Assembly: GCA_964416155.1 (NCBI GenBank)
Contig: CAYQCW010000003.1
Coordinates: 70,318-134,317, forward strand
From: an uncultured Nitrososphaerota archaeon
GTDB taxonomy: Archaea > Thermoproteota > EX4484-205 > JAAOZP01
Reading direction: 5' to 3'
Length of the DNA stretch: 64,000 nucleotides
Shown here: piece by piece, positions 9,333-18,934 of the stretch
Layout: each line of letters starts with the position of its first letter
Position numbering within the stretch: position 1 is the first letter of the stretch
Made by a program: the position numbers and the translations under genes
The notes under the pieces: model-generated
What the model was told of the DNA's origin: nothing
The model's database searches: none
The model's input: the letters and a program-made list of their open reading frames with translations, nothing else

Positions 9333-10679
9333 ATGAGTGGCAGAATATTCTTGCTGAACTACGGTTGCGCTGTGAACAGGGTGGAGGGTGAGGCTATGGC
9401 TGGTGTGCTCGCCAGCTGGGGCTTCACCCTAGTGGATAGTGAGGATGAGGCTGACTTGGTTTTAGTCAACACTTGCGGGGTTAAGACTCCTACGGAGAAC
9501 AAGATTCTCCACAGGTTGAAAACCATAGGTGGAGACAAGAAGATCGTGGTTGCCGGTTGCCTGCCTAAGATTATTGGAGTAAACAGGATTCTTGAAGCCG
9601 GGGACGTGAAGGGGGTTATTGGGCCGGCTGCAGGAGAGGAGGTTCTTAGGGCTGTTCAAACAGTTTTAAACGGTGGCAGGTATATTAGGCTTGATGGGGA
9701 AGGCTTCAACAATCTTCTCCCCTGCCTGAGGGAGAATCCTGTTATTAGGAAGATTGTGATTTCCCAAGGATGCGTGGGGGCATGCAGCTATTGTGCGACA
9801 AGGTTTGCAAGAGGGAGGCTTCGCAGCTATAGCATTGAAGAAATCGTTACGACAATAGGGAGAAGCGTTGAAGAGGGCATTAGAGAAGTGTGGCTTTCTT
9901 CGCAGGACAATTCTGTTTACGGTATGGATAATGGAAGCAGCATTGTCGAGCTTCTTGAAAAAATAGCTAGCGTTGAAGGCTTGTTCCTCGTAAGGATAGG
10001 CATGATGAATCCGAGAGGCGTTTTGAAGCATCTCGACGGCATTGTTGAAGCCCTCAGGAATAAGAGGTTCTTCAAGTTTATTCACATACCTTTGCAAAGC
10101 GGTAGCAACAGGGTTCTGGAAGACATGAATCGTGGCTATTCTGTTGAAGAAGTCACCGGGATTATCCTGAGGCTCAGGAGGGAGATACCCAGGATATCTG
10201 TCGAGACGGATGTGATAGTCGGTTATCCGACTGAAAGTCGGGAGGATTTTGCGAGAACCCTTGAAGCCGTAAGAACTGTGGAGCCTGATTTTCTTAACAT
10301 TTCAAAGTTTTATACTAGGCCCGGAACCCCGGCGTCAAGGCTGCCGCAGCTGCCAACGAATATTGTTGCAGAGAGGAGTAGGATGCTCTCTAGGCTTGCG
10401 CTTGAGGTTAAGGAGAGGCGTTCCGCCTCCTGGGTTGGTTGGGAGGGTTTGGCTCTGGTCGATGAGAAGGGAGTAATCCCTGGGAGCTTCATAGCTAGAA
10501 ACATGTTTTACAAGCCGATAGTTCTTACGCAGAATGTTAAAATAGGGAGCTTCATACGTGTGCGCGTAAACTCCCATAAGCCGAATTTCCTAATGGGGGA
10601 AGTGGTTGATAACCTTGACGAGGCGGAGGCCATTAGGCTTCTCGAAAAGGAGAACCGTGTATCAACAAGCCTTGCCTAG
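9333..10679 (+). CDS. MiaB-like tRNA methylthiotransferase (archaeal e-MtaB/CDKAL1 type)
   Basis: YGCAVN, VNTCGVK, VAGCL, radical SAM GCVGACSYC, HIPLQSGS, C-terminal TRAM domain. Confidence 0.88.
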   Translation: MSGRIFLLNYGCAVNRVEGEAMAGVLASWGFTLVDSEDEADLVLVNTCGVKTPTENKILHRLKTIGGDKKIVVAGCLPKIIGVNRILEAGDVKGVIGPAAGEEVLRAVQTVLNGGRYIRLDGEGFNNLLPCLRENPVIRKIVISQGCVGACSYCATRFARGRLRSYSIEEIVTTIGRSVEEGIREVWLSSQDNSVYGMDNGSSIVELLEKIASVEGLFLVRIGMMNPRGVLKHLDGIVEALRNKRFFKFIHIPLQSGSNRVLEDMNRGYSVEEVTGIILRLRREIPRISVETDVIVGYPTESREDFARTLEAVRTVEPDFLNISKFYTRPGTPASRLPQLPTNIVAERSRMLSRLALEVKERRSASWVGWEGLALVDEKGVIPGSFIARNMFYKPIVLTQNVKIGSFIRVRVNSHKPNFLMGEVVDNLDEAEAIRLLEKENRVSTSLA

Positions 10680-10680
10680 G

Positions 10681-11991
10681 CTATGTTTTCCAAGATGACA
10701 GGTATTCCTTCTGCTCGTCCGTCAACTCGTCTATCTCCACATCCATTGTTCTGAGCTTAGTCGAAGCAACCAACATATCTATATCTTCTGGAACAGGGTA
10801 AACGCCGGGGGTAAGCCCCTTATGCTTCGCTAAGTATTCTGAGACAAGCGCCTGGTTGGAGAAGCTCATGTCCATAACATCAGGAGGATGACCCTCAGCC
10901 AGAACCAGGTTGACAACCCTCCCCTTGGCAAGTAGGTAGACTCTTTTTCCGTTTGGGAGAACGATTTCCTCTACGAAGGGTTTCACCTCGTTGATGCTTT
11001 TCGCCTCCCTGTAGATGGTTGCAACATCTATTTCAACATCGAAATGCCCGACGTTCGCCAGTATTACACCGTTTTTCATCAAAGTTACTGCCTCGTACGG
11101 TATTGCTTTCACGTTGCCCGTGGCGGTTATGAAGATGTCTCCAACTTTAGCGGCTTCCCTACTAGGCATCACCGTGAACCCGTCCATAACAGCTTCAAGA
11201 GCTCTTATTGGAGACACTTCCGTCACTATCACGGAGGCCCCTAGGCCTCTAGCTCTGTTCGCCACACCTTTTCCAACCAGCCCATAACCGCACACGACAA
11301 CTCTCTTACCTGCGAAAAGTATTGATGTTGCTCTTATAATCCCATCCACGCTGGACTGACCTGTCCCATAGCGGTTGTCGAAAAGCTTCTTAGACTGAGC
11401 CTCGTTAACGAAGAAGACTGGAATCATCAGCCTGCCGGCTTTCTCAAGCGCTCTAATCCTTATTACCCCAGTAGTTGTCTCCTCGAGAGCCCCGTAAATC
11501 CTGTTTTTCGACACGATGTTCTTCTCATGCACCCTGATTATCGAGTCGGCTCCGTCATCTATGAGTATGGAGGGGGAATGAGAGTGAGCCCAATCGATCG
11601 CCTCGAAATACTCGTCGATGCTCATACCTCTCCAGGCTCTGACTTCAATATCCTTAGACTTTAAGGCTTCAGCCACATCGTCGTCTGTTGAGAGGGGGTT
11701 TGCAGGTGTAAGGTAGACTTTCGCACCGCCGTCTCTTAGAGTTTCAACCAGGTTCGCCGTCTCCTTGGTGACGTGTAGCGTTACTGAGAAGACGATGCTT
11801 TCAAACGGCCGTTCCCTAGCGAACCGTTCTCTAACCTTGCCCAGAACTGGCATGAGCCTCCTAGCCCAATCTATCTTCTTAATTCCGAGCTCGATGTTTC
11901 CAGCCAACCCTTTAAACCCCCCCGCGTCTTTTAAAAAGTTTCCCTTAGGTGAACAGTTCTCTGTCGAAGAACCTGCGATAGAGACCCGCAA
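10681..11991 (-). CDS. ahcY: Adenosylhomocysteinase (true start probably further downstream)
   Basis: LHVTKET, DDGAD, EETTTG, KKLFDNRYGTGQS, GYGLVGKG, GHFDVEID, GHPPDVMDMSF. Confidence 0.95.
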   Translation of the reverse strand: MRVSIAGSSTENCSPKGNFLKDAGGFKGLAGNIELGIKKIDWARRLMPVLGKVRERFARERPFESIVFSVTLHVTKETANLVETLRDGGAKVYLTPANPLSTDDDVAEALKSKDIEVRAWRGMSIDEYFEAIDWAHSHSPSILIDDGADSIIRVHEKNIVSKNRIYGALEETTTGVIRIRALEKAGRLMIPVFFVNEAQSKKLFDNRYGTGQSSVDGIIRATSILFAGKRVVVCGYGLVGKGVANRARGLGASVIVTEVSPIRALEAVMDGFTVMPSREAAKVGDIFITATGNVKAIPYEAVTLMKNGVILANVGHFDVEIDVATIYREAKSINEVKPFVEEIVLPNGKRVYLLAKGRVVNLVLAEGHPPDVMDMSFSNQALVSEYLAKHKGLTPGVYPVPEDIDMLVASTKLRTMDVEIDELTDEQKEYLSSWKT

Positions 11992-13084
11992 GCTCGTTGA
12001 TGTTCAACATTCCCTCCTGCACACCCTCAACCCTCCATATTGAGAACGCTTCCAAAAGCCCTATTCTGCAGGATTCTTCCAGCGTCAACCCTTTTTGCAG
12101 ACCAAACAAGATGCCTGCGGCAATGCCATCGCAACAGCCGATGGAGCTGCCTGTTTTCTCAGGCGGCACAGGGCCCACTCTGGAGAACTCGCCATCTCTA
12201 TGGTGGATCTCGATTAGCCCCGTCATCTTATCTTCCAAGACTATTGCTTCAGGGTATTCGGACCCGGGTGTGAAGAACTCCCCTATGTTCTTAAGCCCAA
12301 GAAGATCAGCCGCCTGCTTAATCTCGTTATAGTTCCCAAGAATTATCTTTGAGTTTGGAACCATGGTTTCAACATAATCCTCAGTAACACCGTAGGACGC
12401 GATGTCCACAACCACGTCTATGCCTCTTCTCCTAGCTGCCAGAATAGAGCTTTTCATGAACAGGGTTTCAGACGATGTGACGAAAAGAACGCTTGCTGAT
12501 TCAAACTCTGATTCAGGCACCGGACGGAATTTTTCAACACCACTTGCACCTTTAACATCATCTATTATGAAGAATTCGTTGTTCTCAACGTCTTTCACGC
12601 AAGTAATGGTTGAGGTTGTCTTATCCATGACGATCCATACGCCCGCGTCCAGAACATCCTTGCTTAGGAAGCGGGTTTTACTGCTGTCTTCAACAACAGC
12701 TGTTCTCATTTCAACATTGTTATTCACCAAATGACTGTAATATCCTCCGTTGAAAAACCCAGGATAAGGATGATCATAGTCTCTGCCGAAGGTTGTGATC
12801 AGCCTTACTCTGCCACCTAGACGTGCAACACCATAGGCCACGTGGGGAGCTCTCCCCCCGTAGCTATACTTTACGGGAGTCAGGCTGTTAGCCTCCAGCA
12901 AACCGTAAACCTTGTTACTATCCCATTCTGGCCCTAAGAGCTCGCTTATTCCAGAGATGGGAATAGTCTTTTTCAGAAAAGGGTGGAAAACCCTGGGCAG
13001 ATTATAGAAGGAGCGTATTTTAAAGTGCTCATCCTTTCCAGAGCTCCCTACAACAATTATGTTACTCATACAGGATCGAGACAA
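11945..13084 (-). CDS. PfkB/ribokinase-family kinase (possible nucleoside kinase)
   Basis: SYGGRAPHVAYGVARLG and C-terminal SSIGCCDGIAAG (DTTGAGD-like). Overlaps ahcY. Confidence 0.7.
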   Translation of the reverse strand: MSRSCMSNIIVVGSSGKDEHFKIRSFYNLPRVFHPFLKKTIPISGISELLGPEWDSNKVYGLLEANSLTPVKYSYGGRAPHVAYGVARLGGRVRLITTFGRDYDHPYPGFFNGGYYSHLVNNNVEMRTAVVEDSSKTRFLSKDVLDAGVWIVMDKTTSTITCVKDVENNEFFIIDDVKGASGVEKFRPVPESEFESASVLFVTSSETLFMKSSILAARRRGIDVVVDIASYGVTEDYVETMVPNSKIILGNYNEIKQAADLLGLKNIGEFFTPGSEYPEAIVLEDKMTGLIEIHHRDGEFSRVGPVPPEKTGSSIGCCDGIAAGILFGLQKGLTLEESCRIGLLEAFSIWRVEGVQEGMLNINELAGLYRRFFDRELFT

Positions 13085-13129
13085 TAGAAAGCATTATTAA
13101 AGAGTTTCTATCTCATCCTTCTTAGAAAA

Positions 13130-13558
13130 GTGAAGGAAACAGGTAGCGAGGATAAATACTTAGAATGGCTGGATAGGGGGCTGAGTAGGGTGCCTAAAAC
13201 GGTCAGCCGGGACAGGCTGAACGTTCCCAGTGTTGAATGCGTAGGCGAGAAGAATAAGACCATAGTTCAAAACCTTAATCAGATAGTGGACCTGCTTAAC
13301 AGGGATGTGAAACACCTTTTAAAATATATGACTTTAAGACTCGCAGCCCCCTACTCGGAAATCGGCGAGGGACGCTATGTTTTCAAGGGTAGGATTCTTC
13401 CTAAGCAGCTGGACACGGTGATAGCTGACTACATAAAGGCTTATGTAGAATGCCCTGTTTGCAAAAGGCCAGATACAAAGCTGAGCAGGGAGAAGAGGGG
13501 TATTGTTCAACTCGTATGCTTAAGCTGCGGCGCTGTTTCGCCAGTTAAAAACCTTTGA
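13130..13558 (+). CDS. eif2b: Translation initiation factor aIF-2 beta
   Basis: KTIVQN..LNRDVKHL, Zn finger CPVCKRPDT...CLSCGA. Confidence 0.92.
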   Translation: MKETGSEDKYLEWLDRGLSRVPKTVSRDRLNVPSVECVGEKNKTIVQNLNQIVDLLNRDVKHLLKYMTLRLAAPYSEIGEGRYVFKGRILPKQLDTVIADYIKAYVECPVCKRPDTKLSREKRGIVQLVCLSCGAVSPVKNL

Positions 13559-13561
13559 AAA

Positions 13562-13867
13562 ATGAGCAGGGAATTCTACATGAAGGAGCATTCGGTTGGC
13601 TCAACAAAGATAATAGGGGCGTGCGACAGGGAGCTTCTCGGGAAAACAATTAAGGATGAAACAGGGTTGGAAGTGAAGGTGGCTGAAAAGTTTTACGGCG
13701 GCAGGCTTGTAGACGAGGAGGAGCTTTTAAGAAGCATTCGGGACGCTTCCTCTGTGAACCTTGTTGGAAACATGGTTGTAAACACGGTTTTAGAAAGCGG
13801 TTTAGGCAGAGCGGATAACGCTAGGGAAATAGGTGGAGTAATGTTCATGATGATAATTCGCATCTAG
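13562..13867 (+). CDS. DUF424-family protein
   Basis: IIGACDRELLGK, FYGG, VNLVGN. Conserved position after aIF-2beta. Confidence 0.8.
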   Translation: MSREFYMKEHSVGSTKIIGACDRELLGKTIKDETGLEVKVAEKFYGGRLVDEEELLRSIRDASSVNLVGNMVVNTVLESGLGRADNAREIGGVMFMMIIRI

Positions 13868-13917
13868 CTTTCTCAAGCATATAGTTTATTAGGAGGAGGT
13901 TGGGGGCTTAGTAGAGC

Positions 13918-14268
13918 TTGGGAAAGAGAAAAGTTTACAGTGAGAGAGATATTTCCGAAACCTTAGTGACACCGGGAGAGGGGCAACTATTCGGAAGAGT
14001 AGATGGCCTTTCAGGCTCCAACTGGGCGGTGGTCCTCTGCTCTGACGGTAGAACTCGGCAGTGCAGGCTCAGGGGGAAGCTTAGGAGAAAAATATGGATT
14101 AAGCTGAATGATATTGTTCTAGTTGAGCCGTGGCCTTTTCAGCCTGATCGAGGGGAAATTTTACACAGGTATACTATTGGTCAAATAGACTACCTTGTTA
14201 AAAACGGGCTTCTCAACAAGGAGCTTGTTAAGGAAACGCAGGAGCAGGCTAGTGGGGCCGGTAGTTAA
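13918..14268 (+). CDS. eif1a: Translation initiation factor aIF-1A
   Basis: CSDGRTRQCRLRGKLRRKIWIKLNDIVLVEPW. Confidence 0.92.
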   Translation: MGKRKVYSERDISETLVTPGEGQLFGRVDGLSGSNWAVVLCSDGRTRQCRLRGKLRRKIWIKLNDIVLVEPWPFQPDRGEILHRYTIGQIDYLVKNGLLNKELVKETQEQASGAGS

Positions 14269-14316
14269 TCTTAAAAAGAATGTGGGGCTCCACGTGTTTC
14301 AGGCAGTTGCACGAAC

Positions 14317-15105
14317 ATGACGCATGAAAAAGTCTTCAACACATTAGAGCTTAGGGAGAAGCTCATAGAGAAGCTTCAGAGGATGAAAGTTAAGAGAAGC
14401 GAGGACTTCGAGGTTTTCAGCGAGGTTTTCAATGTGGAGGTTTTAATGCAGCTTTACGACCTGTTGAGGAAAGGGATTTTGAAAGAGTTTAACGGCGAGA
14501 TATCTTCAGGTAAAGAGTCGAAGGTATTCCATGCTGTTGCGAAGGGAAACGTGGAGGTTGCAGTTAAGATCTATTTAACTGTCAACACGGAGATAAGGCG
14601 TATGATGCTGAAGTATATTATTGGCGACAAACGGTTTGAAAAAGTGAAGAGCGACAGCCGGTCACTCGTTTATACTTGGGCGAGAAAGGAATATGCTAAT
14701 TTAAGCACCATGCATGAGGCTGGGCTTCCCGTGCCGAAACCACTGCTTGTTCAGAAAAACATTTTAGTGATGAGCTTCATAGGAGAGAATGGCCAGAGGG
14801 CTCCTCTTTTAAAGGAGCTCCATGAGCTTAAGAACCCTCGTGAAACCTACATGGAGATAATCAACTTCATAGTTAAGAGCCGTGATAAAGCCGGTCTGAT
14901 CCATGCGGACTTGAGCGAGTATAACGTTATGATTTGGAACGAGAAGCCTTTCATCATAGATTTGTCTCAAGCTGTCCCCATTACGCACCCCTTGGCAGGG
15001 GAATTTTTAAGAAGAGATGTTGAGAACATAAACAGGTTCTTCATGAAAAGAAGATGGATTGACGAAGCAATACCCGTTGAGGAGGTTGTCGGCAGAATTG
15101 GCTAA
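14317..15105 (+). CDS. rio1: RIO1 serine kinase
   Basis: ISSGKESKVF, AVKIY, WARKEYANL, IHADLSEYN, IIDLSQAV. Confidence 0.92.
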   Translation: MTHEKVFNTLELREKLIEKLQRMKVKRSEDFEVFSEVFNVEVLMQLYDLLRKGILKEFNGEISSGKESKVFHAVAKGNVEVAVKIYLTVNTEIRRMMLKYIIGDKRFEKVKSDSRSLVYTWARKEYANLSTMHEAGLPVPKPLLVQKNILVMSFIGENGQRAPLLKELHELKNPRETYMEIINFIVKSRDKAGLIHADLSEYNVMIWNEKPFIIDLSQAVPITHPLAGEFLRRDVENINRFFMKRRWIDEAIPVEEVVGRIG

Positions 15106-15667
15106 CGTACTCTTCCTAAACATTCCGCAGGAAAGAGTAGGGGTTTTAATCGGGAAGAACGGTGAAGTAAAGAGGAAAATAGAGGAGGAAACCGGGGTTA
15201 AGATTCAAGTTCACCAGGATGGAACTATCAGAGTCGAGTATAATGCCGAAGACCCTGAAGCATATTTTAAAGTGAGGAGGATTGCGGATGCGATAGCAAG
15301 CGGGTTCTCAGGTGAAGATGCTTTAATGCTTCTGGATGACAATCTTGTACTAAAGATAATCGACTTAAGGGATTTCGCTGGCGAGTCGTCCTCCCGGATA
15401 AAAATAATAAAAGGAAGAATAATAGGGAAGGACGGGAAAGTTTGGAAGAAGATTGAGAAGCTTTCTGGTGCTAAACTTGCCCTTCATAATTATACTCTTG
15501 GAGTAATGGGAGAGGAGGAGAGCTGTGAAATAGCTTTCAAGACGATTCTAAAGATATTGAAGGGAGCTCAATTCAGCACCGCGTTTAAATATTTGGAGCG
15601 TCAAAGAAAGTCGTTGGAAAAAGGGATTTGGATGAGTAGAGAGGAGAAGGCTGTAGATGAGTTCTGA
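15059..15667 (+). CDS. KH-domain pre-rRNA processing protein (Dim2/Pno1-like)
   Basis: RVGVLIGKNG and KGRIIGKDG KH motifs. Follows rio1. Confidence 0.88.
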   Translation: MTKQYPLRRLSAELANVLFLNIPQERVGVLIGKNGEVKRKIEEETGVKIQVHQDGTIRVEYNAEDPEAYFKVRRIADAIASGFSGEDALMLLDDNLVLKIIDLRDFAGESSSRIKIIKGRIIGKDGKVWKKIEKLSGAKLALHNYTLGVMGEEESCEIAFKTILKILKGAQFSTAFKYLERQRKSLEKGIWMSREEKAVDEF

Positions 15668-17213
15668 GGAGAAATTTAAAGAGATCAGCCCCGCAGACTT
15701 CTTCTACAGAAACAGGGATATCGCGGGTTTTTCAAACCCTGTTAGAGCACTGTACACGGCTGTCAGAGAGCTTGTCGAAAACTCTCTAGACGCTTGTGAA
15801 GCAAGAGGCATACTGCCGGACATAATACTTTTTCTAACTATTGAAGGCCAGGCGGATAGTGAGAGAAACATTGTAAGGATAAGGATTGTCGACAACGGCG
15901 GAGGCATACCGCCTGAACACATTCCAAACGCTTTTGGAAAAATACTTTTCGGTTCAAAGTATACCTTGATACAATCAAGAGGCACGTTTGGGCTAGGTGG
16001 AAAAATGGCATACCTATATGGCCAGATAACGACAAACAACCCCCTTGAAATCACTGTGGGCTATCGTAAAAAAATCTACTTCTTCAAGATAATGATAGAC
16101 ATTAAGAAGAACGCGCCCATAGTTTTAGAGAGGGAGGAGAAGAGTAATCCTAAGAAGTGGAGCGGCACTATTGTAAGCTTCACTCTCGAGGGAGACTACT
16201 TCAGAGCCTTTCCGAAGATACTTGAGTATATTAAGCTCAGCGCGCTTGTCGCACCATATGCGAACGTCATGCTAGTCGATGCTTATGGGAGACTAATCAG
16301 GTTTTCCAGGAGCACTGTTCAAATGCCTAATCCTCCTAAGGAAACATTGCCGCATCCTCATGGTGTTGACGTTGAAATGGTTAAGAGGCTTGTCGAGGAG
16401 AACCGTAAGAGGACGCTCATCTCGTTTCTCACTAGAAGCTTTCACAGAGTTGGGAAGGAGACGGCCAGCAGGATACTGGAGCAGCTGAGACTCTCGCCTA
16501 ACACGGTTGTTGGAGAGCTGAGTTTAGACGAGATTGTAAGGCTTACACAGGCTTTTAAGAATTACGATGGTTTTCTCCCGCCGGACGCGAGCATTCTCTC
16601 CCCAATAGGCGAGACGCTTTTGAAGGAAGGGATTAAGAAGGAGCTTGAACCCGAGGTGCTCGCGGTTGAAAGCAGGAGGCCTCAAGCATATTCTGGACAC
16701 CCTTTTATAGTGGAGGTTGGAATAGCTTACGGTGGGAAGATAACTCCGCCTGAAGACGGTAATGCGATAATCTATAGGTATGCTAACAGGATCCCCCTTC
16801 TGTACGATGAGGCTAATGATGTTTCTTATAAGGTTGTGAACAAGCTGATGAACTGGAAACGTTACAGGATAGACCCTCGGACAGACCCCGTTAGAATCAT
16901 CGTGCATATCTGTTCGACGAAAATACCTTATAAAACGGTTGGGAAAGAGTATGTGGCAGATAGACCTGAAATAGAGAGGGAAATTTTAAACGGGCTTAGG
17001 AACGTCAGCAGAGAGATCTCGTTCTACCTTTCGAGAAAGAAAAGTATGGAGAGGGAGAAAAGAAGGCTTGATGTCTACCGTAAGTATTTGCCTATGATAA
17101 TCAGGTTTGCAGAGGAGGCTGCGGGCGGAAGAGTAAAGGTAAGGGAGTCGAGTGTTAAAGTGCTTTTAAGCATAATGGATAAGTATCAGGTTCTTCATGA
17201 AGAGGCATCCTAA
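15657..17213 (+). CDS. top6B: DNA topoisomerase VI subunit B
   Basis: ELVENSLDA, DNGGGI, GSKY..QSRGTFGLG, PHPHGVD, RYANRIPLLYD. Confidence 0.95.
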   Translation: MSSEEKFKEISPADFFYRNRDIAGFSNPVRALYTAVRELVENSLDACEARGILPDIILFLTIEGQADSERNIVRIRIVDNGGGIPPEHIPNAFGKILFGSKYTLIQSRGTFGLGGKMAYLYGQITTNNPLEITVGYRKKIYFFKIMIDIKKNAPIVLEREEKSNPKKWSGTIVSFTLEGDYFRAFPKILEYIKLSALVAPYANVMLVDAYGRLIRFSRSTVQMPNPPKETLPHPHGVDVEMVKRLVEENRKRTLISFLTRSFHRVGKETASRILEQLRLSPNTVVGELSLDEIVRLTQAFKNYDGFLPPDASILSPIGETLLKEGIKKELEPEVLAVESRRPQAYSGHPFIVEVGIAYGGKITPPEDGNAIIYRYANRIPLLYDEANDVSYKVVNKLMNWKRYRIDPRTDPVRIIVHICSTKIPYKTVGKEYVADRPEIEREILNGLRNVSREISFYLSRKKSMEREKRRLDVYRKYLPMIIRFAEEAAGGRVKVRESSVKVLLSIMDKYQVLHEEAS

Positions 17214-17273
17214 AAAGACAGCTGTCAGCATCCTGCTTATTGGTAGTTAAATAGGGTTTTAGCCTTTCTATAA

Positions 17274-17600
17274 TTGGGACGGGGCATGAGAATATTAAGG
17301 CTTGCGGAAATGCTGACCATCCCGCTCTTAGGGGAAGAGGGAGAACAAGCTGCGAGCTCCGAGTGGTTTACAAAATTGCTTGAAAGCATTGTGAACGCAG
17401 TGGAGAAAACAGTTTCAGCGTTCTCGCAAATGGTGCTGCAAACATCTCTTCGTATCCTGTCTATGATTTATGCTCCAATGGCTGTAATCGGGGTCATACT
17501 CTATGCAACCAAGGTGAACAAGTATCTTGGAAGAGACTTGATATTTGGAGCACTACTACTCGCCTTCTTCAGCGAATTTGTGCTTCCAGTACTCCTCTAG
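17274..17600 (+). CDS. Small hypothetical membrane protein
   Basis: 108-aa ORF with two C-terminal hydrophobic segments. Confidence 0.55.
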   Translation: MGRGMRILRLAEMLTIPLLGEEGEQAASSEWFTKLLESIVNAVEKTVSAFSQMVLQTSLRILSMIYAPMAVIGVILYATKVNKYLGRDLIFGALLLAFFSEFVLPVLL

Positions 17601-17641
17601 CAAAACCTTAAATCATGCTTTAAAACATTTCTTGGAGGAAA

Positions 17642-18934
17642 ATGGTTGAAGACGTGTTTAAAATAAAAAGGGTTCAAGGCAGAGAGATAATAGACTCCCG
17701 GGGGAACCCTACTGTTGAAGCAGTCGTCGAGCTGCAGGGAGGAACCGCGGGTCGATCAAGCGTTCCCTCAGGCGCCTCCACTGGGAAGTATGAGGCGGTT
17801 GAACTGAGGGATAGGGATGAAAAAAGATTCCATGGTTTAGGTGTTTTAAAGGTGGTTAGGAACATTAACGAGATGATCAGCCCAGCATTAACCGGTTTAG
17901 ACGCTAGGCGTCAAAGCGAAGTTGACAAGAGGATGCTCGAGTTAGATGGTACTTCGAACAAGTCTAGGCTTGGGGCGAACTCGATCCTAGCTGTCTCTCT
18001 TGCCAACGCCATAGCTGCTTCCAACGCCAGTGGGATGGAGCTTTACGAGTATTTAGGAGGAGGAAAAGGCGTCACGCTTCCCGTCCCCCTTATGAACGTT
18101 ATAAATGGGGGGAAACACGCGGGAAACAATCTTTCCATACAGGAGTTCATGATAATACCTGCAGGGTTTAACGATTTCCCTAGTGCTTTAAGAGCTGGTG
18201 TCGAGGTTTACCACACGCTTAGAAGTGTGATAGTAAAGAAATACGGAAAGTCTTCGATAAACGTAGGGGATGAAGGAGGCTTTGCGCCGCCTCTTAACCG
18301 CAGCGACCAAGCTCTGGAACTGTTATTGACTGCAATCGAGGAAACAGGCTACACTTCTTCGCAAGTATTGCTCGGAATAGATGCGGCGTCATCCTCGTTC
18401 TACGATCCTTCTTCAAACAAGTATAGGATAGACGGCAGGGAGCATGCGAGCGGCGAGCTTCTAGAAAACTATGCTAGACTGGTTTCAACTTTCAGACTGA
18501 AATCTATAGAAGATCCGTTTGAAGAAAACGATTTCGAATCCTTCGCAGAGATCACTAGGAGAATGGGTTCTCGAGTACAGATAGTTGGAGACGACATTTT
18601 CGTTACAAACAAGGAGAGGCTTCTCCAAGGTATAAGGAGGAGTGCTGCGAACGCGCTTCTTTTCAAGCTTAATCAATGTGGATCCTTAACCGAATCCCTA
18701 GAGACTTTCAACACGGCTGTTGAAAACAATTACAGAGTTATTGTAAGCCACAGGTCTGGAGAAACCGAGGACACTTATATTTCCGATGTTGCTGTTGCTT
18801 TCAACGCTGGACAGATAAAAACAGGAGCTCCCTGCAGAGGGGAGAGAACTGCTAAGTACAATAGGCTGCTCAGGATATGTGAAAAACTAGGGTCTAAAGC
18901 AAAGTATGGGGGACCAGAGGTTTTTAGCTTCTAG
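17642..18934 (+). CDS. eno: Enolase
   Basis: DSRGNPTVE, PSGASTG, NGGKHA, VGDEGGFAP, SHRSGETED, GQIKTGAP. Confidence 0.97.
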   Translation: MVEDVFKIKRVQGREIIDSRGNPTVEAVVELQGGTAGRSSVPSGASTGKYEAVELRDRDEKRFHGLGVLKVVRNINEMISPALTGLDARRQSEVDKRMLELDGTSNKSRLGANSILAVSLANAIAASNASGMELYEYLGGGKGVTLPVPLMNVINGGKHAGNNLSIQEFMIIPAGFNDFPSALRAGVEVYHTLRSVIVKKYGKSSINVGDEGGFAPPLNRSDQALELLLTAIEETGYTSSQVLLGIDAASSSFYDPSSNKYRIDGREHASGELLENYARLVSTFRLKSIEDPFEENDFESFAEITRRMGSRVQIVGDDIFVTNKERLLQGIRRSAANALLFKLNQCGSLTESLETFNTAVENNYRVIVSHRSGETEDTYISDVAVAFNAGQIKTGAPCRGERTAKYNRLLRICEKLGSKAKYGGPEVFSF

